Positions 125,167 through 140,210 of a stretch of DNA of 248,000 nucleotides are shown one piece after another. The stretch is from Wallemia ichthyophaga EXF-994 (lineage: Eukaryota; Fungi; Basidiomycota). The notes beneath the pieces are model-generated. The model was not told the origin of the DNA, made no database searches, and worked only from the letters and a program-made list of their open reading frames with translations. The stretch spans positions 20,001 to 268,000 of the forward strand of contig NW_008806280.1 of the NCBI RefSeq assembly GCF_000400465.1. The letters run 5' to 3'. Positions within the stretch are counted from its first letter, which is position 1. Each line of letters begins with the position of its first letter. A program made the position numbers and the translations under genes.

Positions 125167-127566
125167 CTAATTTCTTAGCAATGACAAAGCGTACTCCTCA
125201 TCGTCATCTATATCTCGTGTCTCACTTTCCTTCTTCTGCTTCTTCTGGCTCGATTCTTTGTCGTTGCTTTCACCATCACTACCACTCTCACCCTCAATCT
125301 CATCCTCATCACCCAAATCGAACTCCGGTGACACATAACCATCATCCTCGCCATCTCCAATAACAGCTTCAGCTGCATCATCGCTGTCGTCGCCCTCAAC
125401 CTCCCTATCCTTCCTCTTACGCTTCTTTTCATCACGTTTCTCCTTTGCAACTCTCTTATTCTCAACGTCAGCCAATTTGAGCTGTTTATTTTGTTCATCG
125501 ATAAACCGCTTCTTCTCATTATCGACGTCGACATCTTCCCCTTTCTGTAATTCGTACAGTTCATGCGCTTGTCCGTCCTCGTCGAAGCGCAATTTATGAC
125601 CAGGCTCGCTCTTCCCTGCGATCGCCTTCTTCGACTGACCCGCTCTAAGTTTCCGTTTTGAGAGGTTACCCGCAGCGTCATCTTCCTCTCCATCGCTACC
125701 ACCGCTCTCCAGCTCGTGATCGCGACGAGTGATTGTCATCAGCTCCTCATCCGACTCTCCCTCTCCCTCTCTATTCCTGTCTACAAGTGCATTGTAGTGC
125801 TCCGATAGCTGTCCTTGGTTCTTACGCTCGAAAAGTTTGTCATACTTGGTGCGCACCCCAGGTTTACTTTGTGATTCCTTTTGCGTTTGTTTCTGCAGCA
125901 CGTCAGTTTAAATCTACAAACTGCCAACACTTTTCAATCTCACCGCTAAATCAGTATCCTCACTATCATCTCCACTTTCCTGATTCTGCTCCTGCTCTTG
126001 CTCACTCTCACTCACCTCCTTCTTATCCTCCGCTCTCGCTCTTGCTTTCTCCGCCGCCATGAACTTAACCTTGGGCACACCAGGCAGACCGAGACTACCC
126101 GCGTATTCGCTGAGTGGGTAGCGCGTAACATCAAAGACCTCTTTATCCTTCATGAGATGCAGTGAGCGGACATAGCTAACGAAAGCCTTCTGAGCGAGGT
126201 ATTTGATTTCAGTATCTTGGAAAGCATGTGCTTGTAACGCATTCCCAATAGGTTGCATAAGTTTCTCCTTAATCTTAGTTCCTTTTGGCGTAATGTGTTT
126301 TTCTTCGAGTCTCTTTAACAATGCTTTCTCAGCAGGCTCGACTAGCATCAGCGCACATCCCTTGCTGTTGTAACGTGCTGTGCGTCCGACACGGTGTATA
126401 TAAGTGTCTGCATCTTCAGGCGCATCGAGTTGTACCACCCAGTCCACTGCAGGTATGTCCAACCCACGCGCTGCGATATCCGTCGCAAACAACACCGCAT
126501 GCGAAGCTCGACTGAACTGCGCAAGAGTCGCGTGCCGTTTCGCTTGCTTCAATTTACCGTGCAGCTGCATCAAACTTATACCAGGACGCAGGTGCGAGAA
126601 CGTCTCATATATGTGTCGTACTTGCTTACATGAGCTAGCGAATACGAGCACTTTGTTCTGTTTGTGACTCTTCACGAACCCGAATAAAACATCCAGTTTG
126701 CGGTGGAGAGGAACGAGTGAATAGAATTGCGCCAAATTCTTTGGTGTCGGATCTTCCCCATTATCCGTGTTTTTCAGCTCGACATAAGCTGGATCATTGA
126801 GACTCATCTTGGCAAGTGAGGCGACTGATGCGGATATAGTAGCCGAGAATAGCAAATTCTGACGCGTATGCGTTGGTGGTAGCTGGTCAATGATCGCGTG
126901 AACCGTCTTAGCGAATCCCAAATCAAGTATACGATCAGCTTCATCTAGGATCAGCATCTTGAGGTTATCGGCGCTAAAACCGTAAGTTTCGTCCATATGT
127001 TGTAGGAGACGACCAGGGGTGGCGATGAGAATGTTCATCTTATTCAGTCGCGTCTTCTCCTGCGCAACGTTCTTCCCTCCAATGAGCAGACCAGCAGAGA
127101 AAGTGTGATTGGTGCCTATAGCGTGGAGAACCTTGAATATTTGCAGCGCAAGCTCACGCGTTGGGGCTACGACGAGAGCACCTAGTCCATCAGTGCTCGA
127201 CCACTTTTCCTTGTACAACAGCTCGAGCATCGGCAGGAGATAGCTGAGCGTCTTACCACTGCCGGTGCGCGCTGAACCGACGAGATCCTTGCCTTTGAGC
127301 GCCAAATGCGTTGTCGCTGCTTGGATTTCCGTCATCTTAACGAATCCATTGCGCTTCATCCCCTTCTTGGTCTGCTGGGAGATAGGCAGCTCGTCGAACA
127401 GCTCAGTCTTCTCGCTCAGCTCCTTCTGGAGAGCGTGCATATCCCTGAGATTATTATCATCTGCCACACGCTTCTGATTTATGCGCTTGTAGGGTTTTGT
127501 CTGCTGCTTGGATTTCATCGTCGCGGCCAAAATGCAAGAGCAATACATCAACATACAAATAACCAA
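125167..127566 (-). CDS. DBP4: DEAD-box helicase Dbp4/DDX10
   Basis: ARTGSGKT, DEAD, YIHRVGRTARY. Confidence 0.92.
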
Positions 127567-127567
127567 T

Positions 127568-129871
127568 TCAAGTCAAAATCTTAATGTCCTTATCCATCCC
127601 GCTCAAATACTCCAGTATAACCTCCCTCCTCTTATCCCAACCTTGTAATATTCTGTACCTGCTATCGTTGGATAAAATTTTCTCCATCTCGTCAATATTC
127701 ACCTGCTGAGCCAGCTGCTTGAGATCCTTATTCCCACCGCCGAACACGCCCTCGTCTGTCTCATCATCATCATCTTCCTCTGCTTTGAAGACCTTTTCTG
127801 CATCCTTTGTCGCATCTTCCTCCCCTTTCTTTACGCGGCCCCAGTATCCGACAAAGGAAGACTCTTTCAGAAGCTCCTTGAATTCCTTAACCGCGTTTCT
127901 AAACTTGGCTGCCTGCCACTCGACGTAGATTCTTTCTAGTTCTGCCACCGACGCGTCTAACACCTTCACCGCCACCTCGTCCTTGATCTTGTCGTGCACA
128001 TCTTCAAATGCATCATCGAGAGTCTTGAATTCCCTCTCAAAGAGCTCCTTCACCCCATTCACCCGCTTGTTGTAGATCCCATCGGCGTGCTCTTCGAAAA
128101 GGTCCCTCTTTCTTCTTACGCTGAGATCGACGTTGAATCTGCTGTCCTTGGCCAGCTCTCCTTCCAGCTCTCTCCACCTGATCTACATTTCCGTCAGTCA
128201 AATCAAAATTCCAGAACACCACCCACCTTGTGATTCCTCACCGTGTCTATCAACAAAGTCCGGTATTCTCTTTCAGCTTCATTGCCGGCTAGAGCAGTTT
128301 TGGACGCTTGCGTCTTCTTATCAAGACTTTCTCTTTCCTTATTGAAATTCTCTTGGCGTGCCTTAAGTGAGGCTTCAGCCCTGGCAGCTTTGTCTAGCTT
128401 TTTGGGCTCGTCTTCTATAGGCGCAGGTATTACGTTTTCTTCAGCTTTGGGTAATTCCTCTGGTTGCTCACCCGCCAATTCTTTCTTGTATGCGTTAAAG
128501 AGCGCTTCCTTGGTACTTCCCGACTGCAGCTTCTTATACGCAGAATGAGAAGAGAGTAGCGGTTTTAACTATTGAACTTTGTTAGCTTGGCAATGTGCAT
128601 ACACTCACACCGACCTCCTTGTAATCAGACTGAGCTGTAATATCGCTAGTGTCTCTCAGCAGCCTCTTGAATCCCTCCTCCACCTTCTGAGCTTCTTGGC
128701 GTTTAGCTGTCAAGTATAAAGTCAGCAATCACCAAAAGCAAAAGTCACTCTCACCTTCTCCCAACTCCCTTAACCACGATTTGAACACCTTTTCTCTCTC
128801 TTTGTCATCTCTACCGAATCCAAAGAAGCGTCTATCCTTCTTGAATGTCTTCCTGAATTCTTCGAAGCGCGCACGCGTGCTTGTAACCTCCGATCGAAGC
128901 AGCTCCCTGTAGCTGATGGCTGGGTCAACACTGACAGTACTCCTTTTCGCCGACTGCGCTTTATCCCTGCAATACTCATCGAATGCATCCTGCCTATCCT
129001 CGGTATTCCTCAGACTAGTATACCGGCTATCATTAACGAAAGTGGTAAGAGCCATATCCCAAGGCATGAGTGGATTGATATCATACTCCTCCAGCATGCT
129101 CTTGAACAGCGCGACGGCCTCTTCATGGTTATAGTTAGCTTCGATCTCTGCGGCTTTCTTCTCTTGGTATTCTCTCATACGTTCATTCTCCATCTCGCGC
129201 TGCTCAGCCAGCTCGGCATCGAGTATATTCTTATTGTGGTTGCGTTCTGCGTCCATTGCCGCCCGCGCTGCTGCTGCGTAGTCTGCGTCGTCTCCACCGT
129301 CACCGCTGCCGTCTTCATTTTCTCCATCCTCTCTGGCTTTCTTCGGCTCAACGTCTATCCAGCCGCTATCACCGGGCTCCTTCTGCTCACGCTTCCGCTT
129401 CTTCTCTGCAGCAGCAGCATTCCCATTCTGCTCGTCCTCTTCTAGCTGCGACACCTGCGATGCTATCTCAGCAGGCACCTCCCACACACTTTCCTTGCGC
129501 TCAGTGTGGAGGTAGAAGGTATTTCCGAGATTTGTCGTTATCCTCATCCACGCTGTACCTTCTATCGATGTCTTTTTCGCTGGTTTTTCTTTCTTGGTCT
129601 TCTTCGTCTGGCTTGGCTGTGCTGCAGGCGCAGCTGGCGCTTGCATCGGTGCTGGCGGCGGTGCCATTTGCATTTGCATTTGCATTCCAGCAGGTGGCAC
129701 AGGTAGCGGTCTCTTGTATGTGGATTTCTTTGTACTGGCGTTGTAGTAGTAAGGTGTACCCGACGGAGCTGAGCGATTTGCCTGTTAAATCACCTTATTG
129801 CACTCTAGCATCTCACCCACCCTTATGCTCTGTCCATCCTTCCGGCAGCGGTGGTGGTGGTATTCCATTCA
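127568..129871 (-). CDS. WW/FF-domain protein (TCERG1/Urn1-like)
   Basis: WW domains and FF repeats (FKSMLEE..W..FDEY). Confidence 0.82.
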
Positions 129872-129952
129872 TTTTGATAGTATCGGTGAGAGAATTAACA
129901 CGCTTAAAACAAGGAAAGTAAACGTAAATGAAATAAATAGTCTATATTGCTT

Positions 129953-132900
129953 TTACTCTTGCAACAGATGCGCGTAATCGTCTGCACTAGCAAACATAGG
130001 TAACGCCTTCTTAGCTTTCTTGGCCGCTCTAGCTTCCTTGTTGTTACGTTTGCGCTTTCCGCTGACTTCTTCCTCCTCCTCTGGTTCACTACCGTCCTCC
130101 TCATCCTCATCTGCGCCAGGAACCTCCATGTCCTCATCAATAGACAACAGGTCATCCTCTTCGTCATCGAGACCACCAACACCTCCTTCGTTGTCCTCAT
130201 CATCCTTGTCCTCGTTATCCTCACCATCCTCATCATCCTCATCGGATTCTGAATCTGCTTTAGCTGCTTTGTCTTCCTCACCTTCAGCTTCGGCATCACT
130301 GTCCTCCAACATGGCAGGATCGACGTGGTCTTCATCACTCTCTTCGAGGTCGTCATTCTCCTGTCCTGGCATCGTAGCTTGCATAGCCTAAAGAGTGGTT
130401 AGAATTTACCATAAAACCAATTCAGACGATGCGCACCTTCCAGATCTCATCCTCGTCGAACTCTTCCTTATCATCAGATGCAGCATCGTTATCGCCATCC
130501 TCCTTCTCATCCTTCTGCTCATCCTCATCATCGAGATTGACATCTTGACCTTGGTCAGTATCATCGTCACTCTCGCCCACACCTTCATCGTCAGAAGCCT
130601 TCTTGCGCTTATCCCTCTTAGATGCTTTATCTTCCAACCTCTTGTTACGCTGATTGAAGAATTTATGGAAGAAAAGCTGATCAGGAGCTACATTTGCCTC
130701 CTTCTTCCTCATAAACTCGTTGCTGTTCATCATCAACTCTCTAGTAGCACCCTTGACATTAGAGACAGTTTGTGATCGGTCAGACGCAGCAATAGGTTGC
130801 ATGAGCGATGCACCCTTTGGCTTGATGTCTTTCTTTGGATTCTTGTAGACGAATCTGTCGAGGAAATGCATGAGTGTGTTGAGGTTGAGATCCGATGAAG
130901 TTTTCACCACTTCTCCATTCAGTAGCTGCTTAGCCTGAATAGATACAGAGGGGTGATAGTGCTTTGTGAATGGTATCAACTCCCACAGACAACTGTGCTG
131001 AGCATTGCTATATTGAGGATCGCGCTTGAACTTGTCGTAAGACGTCGAAGCTACTCCACCACTCTCATTCTCTTCCTCCTCATCCAACATCGCTCTCAAT
131101 GAGGGATGGCTAGCGAATATGCCGTTGAGATGGTAGAATGCACCGCAAATGAATGAAGGTGATTGTCCGAGTAGCATTTGCAATATACGCTTCACAAACG
131201 CTGCTACTCGGGCATTCGATGGATCTCTCTTCATAGCCGAGAACAACAAGTTGAGGTACATGGACTGCTTTGACGAGCCTCCCAGTCTTGGATCCAGCAG
131301 CGACTCATACAATGCACGGTAAAATCTGTCTGAGACTGTGTCCTTTATAATCGTTATTTGGTAGATTAGTTGTAATGCTTGAATAGCTATGTTGAAGGTA
131401 CCAGTGTGGGTGATTCTAAACAGAGTATTCATGTAATTATCGAAACTGAATTTGTCAGTACTGCGAATGTAAAGTCATTGGACTCACATTTTTTCATCAA
131501 TATCAGCGTATGGCATGGCACGGTGTACGCCGGCCAAAATACCGGCAACCATCTTAGACTTTTTCTCCTCAAGAGCCTCAGGATCATCTTCGACATCTTC
131601 CTTCTTGTCTTTCTTAACATTCTTACCTTGGTTTTTCTTACCCTTCTTAGCATTCTTAGCATCCTCCTTGGATTTCTTCACCAATGTTTCCTCCTCCCTG
131701 AGGAAATCTTTGAAGCAGTTAAAGTATATTTCTATCAGTTTGTTTGCAACGCCAGTGTCAGCCTTTGTGAACATGATCTGATTTAATGTAATAATCGCGT
131801 AGTACTTGGCAGAGTCTGACATGTTTGGACGGAAGATGAGATCACCGACTTCGCGACTGATAATGCCTTTCATTGCAGGGTGAGCTTGCAAGACAACAAG
131901 CAGCTGATTAGAAGCTTTTGATGCTACTTGACGAGAAGGATCACCCTATCCTTGATTTAGTTTTGTTATTGAGAAAAAGAAAATACCTACCAACTTGTTT
132001 ACTAGTAGTCTAAGCAGATTATGCTCCTGCTCTGGCTTGTTTTTCAAAAGCTGGAAGATGAGCATGACAGCTTGCTGCCTTACAAAGACGAGATTGTCAT
132101 GAGTGATCGACTGAAGTATGTCAGCATACTATAAGCCCCAAAGAAAGCTCAACTCACCTCAAGTAGCTGCAAAACCTCAAAGAAATATCCCTTGAACCAA
132201 TTTTCAAAGGCCCAGAAAGTGAGATGCTTATCGGTTGCACCCTGATGGGTGAGGTTGGGCTGATCGGCGATATAAACCAGCTTTCTGTTAGAAGGTAGAC
132301 CGTGTGGACCAGCCAACCAATCAACTAGGGCCTTCATTGCCCTGAGTGCCTCTTCACGCTTAGGTTTTGCAGCCATATTCTTGAGAGATTCGAGACTGGA
132401 AATGTTATGGATAGGCGACTCAGCAACCAAGAGGGCGAGTGCGGAGACTCTATCATTAAGAGTACCAGACTTAAGCATCTGATCCAAGAATTTCTTATCA
132501 GAAGCAGAGACGGCTGAGCTTGAAGAGGCGATCTTTGGTAGATCTTCGAGTAGCTTCTGTGCGTGTGATATCTGCCCATCAGAAGTCAACGATTTGCTAG
132601 TGTTAGCCTTGGATTTTGAGAGTTGAGGGAGAGGCTGAAGGAACCATTGAGGAATTTGGACGAACGGACCGTTTGGATCGATTTCACTGAGCGGGTCTGC
132701 GTCTGCGTCTTGCTCAAATTGATTATCACCTTCTTGACTAGAATCTTCTTGCTCGCTGTCGTCGTGATTTTCATCATCGCTAGCAGAAGCAGCCTTCACG
132801 TCAGTCTCGCTACCGTTGGCATCGACATGATCATCGTTATCGTCATCTTCCTCTTCCTCTTCCTGAGGCTTAGCAGAGTTGAAGTCGAGAGATTTGTATA

Positions 132901-133165
132901 AATCCTTCAAATCTTTCAATAAAGCTGGGTCATTCTGCTCGCCGCTATTAAACACGTGCTCGTCATCACTGTCGACGCCTTGGAACAGCTTCAAATCGTC
133001 TTCATCGCCGCCGAGAGCGAGAACTTCCTTCTTGAGGTCGTTGTGGGGAGCATGTTGAGGATGTTGTGGCTGCTGCTGCTGCAATTTACCACGCTTATCC
133101 TGCGTGCTCTTCTTATCCCCCTTCTTATTCCCGTTTCCTTTCTGTTTGAATTTATTAGGCGCCAT
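129953..133165 (-). CDS. MAK21: Ribosome biogenesis factor Noc1/Mak21 (CBF)
   Basis: SGTLNDRVSAL, HYHPSV, FASADDY. Confidence 0.9.
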
Positions 133166-133217
133166 AGATGGTCGAACGAGATGAAGAGATTGTTGATTCG
133201 AAACGGTCAAGACAAAA

Positions 133218-134197
133218 ATGCCGAAAGCCGAAGCGGGATCATCGAAAGCAGTTGGAAATGCCATGAAGGCTAAAGGTGAGTTGTGATTGTATAGCCACCG
133301 CCAACTCTCATGCTCACGAATCCCAGGCCTCGGGAGATTAAGATGGTATTGTCAAGTATGTGAGAAGCAGTGCAGAGACGAGAACGGCTACAAGTGCCAC
133401 ACGCAATCTGAGAGTCACCTGAGAGCGATGCTTCACGTCGGCGAGAATGCAGGCAAGTTTATATCCGACGCTTCCCAACAATTCCAGCGTGAATTCGTTA
133501 TTCTTCTTTCAAGAAGGTGAGTTTGAGCGTGTTATCTGGAATGCAGCGATTGTAACCAACACGCAACAGACACGGCACTAATCGCGTTGCTGTCAACACC
133601 GTTTACCAGGAGTTCATCGCCGATAAGCACCACCTCCACATGAACGCCACTCGCTGGGTAACGCTGACGGAATTCACAAAGTACCTTGGCAGAGCTGGTA
133701 TTGTTCGTGTCGATGAAACTGAACAGGGTTTGTACGTCAGCTGGATCGATAACTCCCCTCAAGCTCTCGCACGCCAGGAGGCAAGTCTTAAGAAGGACAG
133801 ACAGCATATGGATGATGAGCAGCGTGAGCGTAAGATGATTGCTGAGCAAATCGAAAGAGCAAAGCTTCAAGGTGACGGTGTTCCTAAAGAGCATAAACCT
133901 AGTGTCCTCAACAAGGGTGACGCTCCTATTAAACTCTCTTTGAATTCAAACTCATCTGGTCAGAGTAGTGCTCCTAAGATTTCACTCAAGCCGACTGCTG
134001 CTGCTGCACCCGCATCCACGCAGAAACCAGCTAACGTCTTCAAAGCTGCTAAACAATCTAAAGCAACACCCGTTACACAGACTCCACACCAAACCAAACC
134101 AAAGTCGGCTATGGAGTCGCTCATGATTGGTAACGAGGAACGCAAGAAGCGTCTAGCTGAGCGTGAGCAAGGCCAGAATAAGAAGGTGAAGCTTTAG
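133218..134197 (+). CDS. RTS2: KIN17/Rts2 zinc-finger protein
   Basis: GLGRLRWYCQVCEKQCRDENGYKCH; HMNATRW. Confidence 0.9.
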
Positions 134198-134429
134198 CGT
134201 GTCACCGCGTCATCACCTCAACTCCACACTGTACTTTTCTATCAATGTAATAATATATGCATATACGGTTGAATGTCTAGAATACAGTTGAATGTTATGC
134301 AAATACGGTCGTTAGGTGTTGAACAATGGCAATGACTTGATGAGAGTGATTGAAACATAGAATAACCAGGGAGTGAAAATCATGAAACTGTTGAGGTTCA
134401 TAGTCTGTAAGCTGCCTTGCGAGCTATAC

Positions 134430-137400
134430 CATCTACTCCGCCATTTCCTCTACACTTGGACAGCTACAGGTAAGGTTACGATCACCATATGCTATCACAC
134501 TATCAGTAAACTACCATCACGCCCATAAATTCACTCACCATCATCCACTCTCCCCACAGAAGGCCAGAACTTGTTATTGGCGAGGTAAGCGAGAGGATAA
134601 ACGGCCTTTTGGCGTGAGTATGGTCGTGTAGCAGCCCACTTGTCATCTGACCAAGCGAGAGATGAGAGAGTATGAGGGGCATTCTTGATAACGTTAAGCA
134701 CGCGATCCGCTTTTCCATTTGCCACCTCATCAGCCTCCCCCTTGATATGAATGAGTGCATCAATAAACCTATCGAGCGTCTCCTTGTTTTCTGACTCAGT
134801 AGGCTCTATTAGCATAGCAGATGTGATTGGCCAGGAACAGGTTGGTGGATGAACGCCAAAGTCCTGTGAAGAGGTGGAAAGGGTCAGTAAGTGTCATTAC
134901 ATCCATACGCATCACAAACTCACCTGCAACCGCTTGGCGAAATCCATCACCTTTAATCCACTTTCTTCGAAATTAGCCAAATCTAAAAGCAGCTCATGCG
135001 CCACAGCCCCTTTTGAGTTAACGAAACGGACATTGAAATGCCCTTCTAGCCTTTTCTTGATATAGTTGGCATTGAGGAGGGCAATTTTAGACGACTCAGT
135101 GAGGCCACTCCCGCCCAGCATTTTAATATACGCCCAGCTGATGGTGAGGATGCTAGCGCTGCCTTGCGCAGCAGCACTGACAGGTGTGAGTGACGAATCT
135201 GTACCGTGCGGCGAGAGAGGATGACCAGGTAAAAATGGTACGAGATGTTCAGCAACGCATATAGGTCCTACACCCGGTCCACCACCACCATGTGGAATCG
135301 AAAACGTTTTGTGCAAATTCAAGTGACAAACATCTCCACCACAGGTGTATGGGTTAGTCAAACCAACTTGTGCATTCAGATTGGCTCCATCGAGATAAAC
135401 TTGCCCTCCCTTATCGTGGACTAGCTTGCATGCCTCTTGCACACCTTCCTCGAATACTCCAAATGTTGATGGATAGGTGACCATGAAAGCTGCGAGATTC
135501 TCACTGTATTCTTCACACTTTCCGCGCAGGTCTTCCATATCTAACCGTCCATCCTTGAGCGTCTTGATTGGGACTACTTTCATCCCTGCCATCACCGCCG
135601 AGGCGGGATTTGTGCCGTGAGCTGAGAGAGGAATGAGACATATGTTTCGTTTTCCGCCATCCCCTTTGCTTTCATGATACGCTTTGATTACTGACAGGCC
135701 TGCGAATTCACCCTGCGCACCACTGTTTGGTTGCAGCGATGTCGCACTAAACCCTGTGATAGCAGCCAAGTCATCCTCCAATTCCCTTATCATCTTAGCA
135801 TACCCTTGAGCTTGGTCTATTGGCACGAACGGGTGAACACTCGACCACTCAGGCTGGGTGAATGGAATCATTGAGCTTGTTGAATTCAACTTCATAGTGC
135901 AGCTACCAAGTGGAATCATGTTGTGAACAAGCGAAAGATCCTTGCCCTGTAGGTAGTAGATATACCTCAAAAGCTCAGTCTCTGATTGATACCTGTTGAA
136001 AGTCTCGTGTTGGAGATAGGATGATTGTCTCTGAAGTTTTTCATCTGCAGCTACTTGCAGTGTAGGCAGAGTGTGACGGGTGAGGTTAAGATCGAGCGCA
136101 ATTTCCTCCAAAGCTTGCGGACGTGTGAGGTCTTTAGCAGCTTGGGATGCTTCTATGCCGCGGGCTGTTCTGGCCTGGGAGAAAACATCCAATAGCGTAA
136201 GTATGTCCTTCTCGGTGACACTCTCATCGAGCGTGATCCCGACTGTGTGGTCGTCCACGCGACGCAAGTTTATGCCATTCGCTATAGCGGCAGCGTGCGT
136301 CGACTCAGCTGATGCGACATGAACAGTGAGCGTATCGAAGTAACTGTCTCGATTCTTGACCGTGAATCCCTCTTTTTCGATACCCAGCTTAAGCACTTTT
136401 GTGAGAGCGTGAACTTTGGCTGCTATCTGACGCAAGCCCTGGGGACCATGATAAACAGCATACATAGCAGCCATGTTTGCAAGCAATGCCTGTGCTGTGC
136501 AGATGTTCGAAGTAGCTTTATCGCGTCTGATGTGCTGCTCTCTCGTTTGAAGAGCAAGTCTATAGGCTATTTTGCCGTCGGAATCTTTTGATACACCAAT
136601 CAACCTTCCTGGCATCCTACGCTTGAGGGCGTCTGAGCAGGCGAAGAATGCTGCATGAGGACCACCCTGGTTGGAAATGTTAGAAGATTTTCGACGACGG
136701 TAATGTAAACCTCACGTATCCCAATGGAACACCGAATCTAGCAGAGTTGCCAACGCAGATATCAGCACCAAACTCGCCTGGTGGCTTGAGCAGAGTGAGA
136801 GCCAAGAGATCAGTTGCGCAGACAGCAAGACCACTAAGGCTGTGAACTTGGCTGATTAGGTTGGAGTAGTCTTGGATGGCGCCGTCAATATTTGGCTGAA
136901 CACGGTGTCAGAAGAGCAATGAAAAAGAGTATCGACACTCACATACTGGAACAAAGCACCAACAAGGTCAGAACGTATATTGTCCTTCTGTAAAAGATCA
137001 TTAATGTCGCCGTGGACAACGTTGATACCAAGACCACGAGCGCGAGTGTGAAGAACAGCGAGAGTCTGAGGCAAGACACCAGAATCGACGATGAAAGTGC
137101 GCTTGCTACCTTTTGCGGTACCGAAAGCAATAACCATAGCCTCTGCAGCAGCAGTAGCCTCATCGAGCAAAGAAGCATTAGCGATGTCCATTCCGGTGAG
137201 AGAAGACACCATAGTCTGGTAATTAAGCAAGGACTCGAGTCTGCCCTGAGAAATTTCAGGCTGATAGGGCGTATAGCTGGTATACCAAGCAGGATTTTCA
137301 GTGATGTTGCGGAGAATGATTGGTGGAGTGACAGCGTTGTGATAGCCCATGCCTATGTACGATTTAAAGAGTTTGTTCTGGCTGCCGAGCTGCTTGGCGC

Positions 137401-137731
137401 GAGCAAGAAGCTCCGATTCGGAGAGTGGGGGAATGGAAGAGTCGTTGATGGAGTCGTGGATGCGTATATTCGCAGGCACAGCGTCATTGATGAAGTGGTC
137501 AAATGACGTGTAGCCGAGTGAATCGAGCATTTGGTCGACATGGGCAGAGCGTGGGCCAACGTGGCGGCGGGTGAAGGAGTCAAGTGGAGCGAATATGCTG
137601 TTCGCCGTGGTTGGTGGCGCGTCAGCCACCTCGAAAGTAGCCAATGAGCGTAGGCATTGGCTGGTCGTGCTTGTGCGGCATCTGAGAGATCTGAGAGACC
137701 TAAGAGACGTGAGAGCCCCAGATCTTAACAT
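134430..137731 (-). CDS. GCV2: Glycine decarboxylase P protein
   Basis: YTPYQPEISQGRLE, REQHIRRDKATSNICT, HKTFSIPHGGGGPG. Confidence 0.95.
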
Positions 137732-138113
137732 TTTGAATTGAATTTAGCTGATATTTGGGCGTTTCAGACAAGATGATAAAACCAATTAACCAAATTAACC
137801 AACGGGATCCCGGAAATACTGATAAAACTGATCGATAGACACATGCTCATCTCGCTTAGACTGCGGCAGCTATACTGGCTGGCTCAGCTGGTGTAATCAA
137901 TTGAGCTGTAAATTCCAGTCACGCGGCTTATCTGGATACCCTGTTAGCCCTGGATGCCCCATCACAGCGATCCATGTAAGCGTGTTGATTGAAATATAAA
138001 AATATAAAAACATCAGCGCTATCATGTGTTTTCGTATGCCATTTTCTATCGGACACGACCGGAGACTTGTTAGACTGGAAACACGTCATCTCTCTCACCT
138101 CTTACACTCGCAA

Positions 138114-139059
138114 AATGGCAGAAGAAGTGAAGGACGCAAAAGCAGCGACTAAATCATCATTGAAATCGTTTCTCTCTGGTGGATTTGGTGGTTCAATGGC
138201 TGTCCTCGTTGGACACCCGTTCGATCTCACCAAAGTGCGATTGCAGACAGCCGAAACGGGCGTCTACAACGGCGCAATTGACGTAGTGAAGCAGTCCATA
138301 GCCAAAGATGGCGCTAGAGGTTTGTACAAGGGCGTTCTTCCACCGCTCGTTGGCGTTACCCCCATTTTCGCACTTAGCTTCTGGTCTTATGATCTCGGCA
138401 AGAAAATTGTCTTTGGTTGCAGATCAGAACAGGCTAATAGGGAGAAGGGCACCTCTCTTTCTACGTCTGAACTCGCTTTCGCCGGCTTCTTTAGTGCTGT
138501 TCCTACAACGCTGATTACATCACCCGTCGAACGCGTCAAAGTGCTCCAGCAGACTGAGTCGAAGAAGGCTGGGATGGGTAGTGTCATCAGTAGAATGTAT
138601 AAAGAGGGTGGATTGAAGAGCGTCTACAGAGGCACGGGCGCTACTTTGGCTAGAGATGGTCCTGGCTCCATTGCTTACTTTGTCAGTTACGAGCAGATCA
138701 AGAAAATGCTTACCCCAGCCGACTCAACCGGTGAACTCAACCTCGGCGCTGTTCTCACTGCAGGTGGTTTGGCTGGCGTTACTATGTGGTCATTCGCTAT
138801 ACCGCCTGATGTTATCAAGTCACGCATCCAATCTGCTCCTGAAGGTGTGTACAAGGGTTTTGTAGATTGCGCTGTGAAGACTGTCAAGGCTGATGGCATG
138901 GGTGCATTGTTTAAGGGTTTCGGACCTGCAATGGCTAGAGCATTCCCAGCCAACGCAGCCACCTTTGTGAGTTGAATAACAGCATTAACGATAAAGCTTC
139001 TCACATATATTCACAGCTCGGCGTCGAAATATCAGCAAAAGCACTCGAAAAAGTGTTGT
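138114..139059 (+). CDS. CRC1: Mitochondrial carnitine/acylcarnitine carrier
   Basis: GHPFDLTKVRLQ; RAFPANAATF. Confidence 0.85.
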
Positions 139060-139130
139060 AGAGGAGGATGACGAGTCTTGTAATTTCAACGCGATTCATG
139101 AATGATAAAGTATGGAAATTGAAAAAACGT

Positions 139131-139932
139131 TTAAAGGTCAGCGTCATCCTCATCTGGGAGTGGAGCAGCAGCTGCTTGTTCTAATTCTTGTTTGTATTGA
139201 GCCATCAGAGAAGGATCGACCGCAGCTTCTGGAGGAGCAAGAGCAGGAGCAGCAACGAACTCGAGACTTTGGTTACCAGCGAGCTTCCTAGCCAACCACA
139301 AGAAAGGCTTTTCAAAGTTGTAGTTTGACTTTGCGGAAATTTCAAAGTACTGGAGGTTCTTCTTCCTGTGGAAGGTGACAGCACCGGTCTTGACCTTGCG
139401 CTCCTTGACATCGACCTTGTTACCGCAGAGGACGATCGGAATGTTCTCACAGACTCTCTCCAAGTCTCTGTGCCAGTTTGGAACGTTCTTGTAGGTAATT
139501 CTAGAGGTAACATCGAACATGATGATACCGCATTGGCCTTGGATGTAATAGCCATCACGCAATCCACCAAACTTCTCTTGACCGGCCGTATCCCAGACGT
139601 TGAAGCAAATTCTACCAAAGTTTGTATCAAAGGAGAGTGGGTGGACCTCTACACCAAGCGTGGCAATGTACTTCTTCTCGAATTCTATGACGCATTATTT
139701 AAACGTGGATTCACCGCCATTACGATATCAAACTCACCACCAGTCATGTGACGTCTAACAAAGGTTGTCTACGCGTCACGTTAGTTGATTGTACGCTGGC
139801 TTGGACCATTTCTCACTTTACCAGTACCACCGTCACCGACTGGATACACGTTAGTTGAGTAGCCCACGCCGCGCACGCTCACTCACCGAGAACGAGCTTG
139901 AATGTTGGAGGTGCTGCTGCTTCTGCTGACAT
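139131..139932 (-). CDS. GSP1: Ran GTPase
   Basis: GDGGTGK, NKVD, acidic DEDDADL tail. Confidence 0.96.
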
Positions 139933-140210
139933 CTGCAATTCCTGTTAATTTCTTCTTTTTTGTGTTTCTGCGTCTCCTCACCTTTACTAGTCGTGGTGAA
140001 AAGCGAGTTTTGAGCGAGTTTTCTGTCTTGGGAAAATATAAAAAAAATTTATAAGTCGTGTGTTTAGGGGTGCTGTGTGTGAGTACACAATTGTAAATCC
140101 CTTCCTCCCTTTTCTGCGTTTAAATCAAGAGAAAACATGCATTGGTTATTATTATCTATCAATGTAAAGTAGGCGAAAGTGTATTGTCCGTTTCATATGA
140201 GAAGAAATCG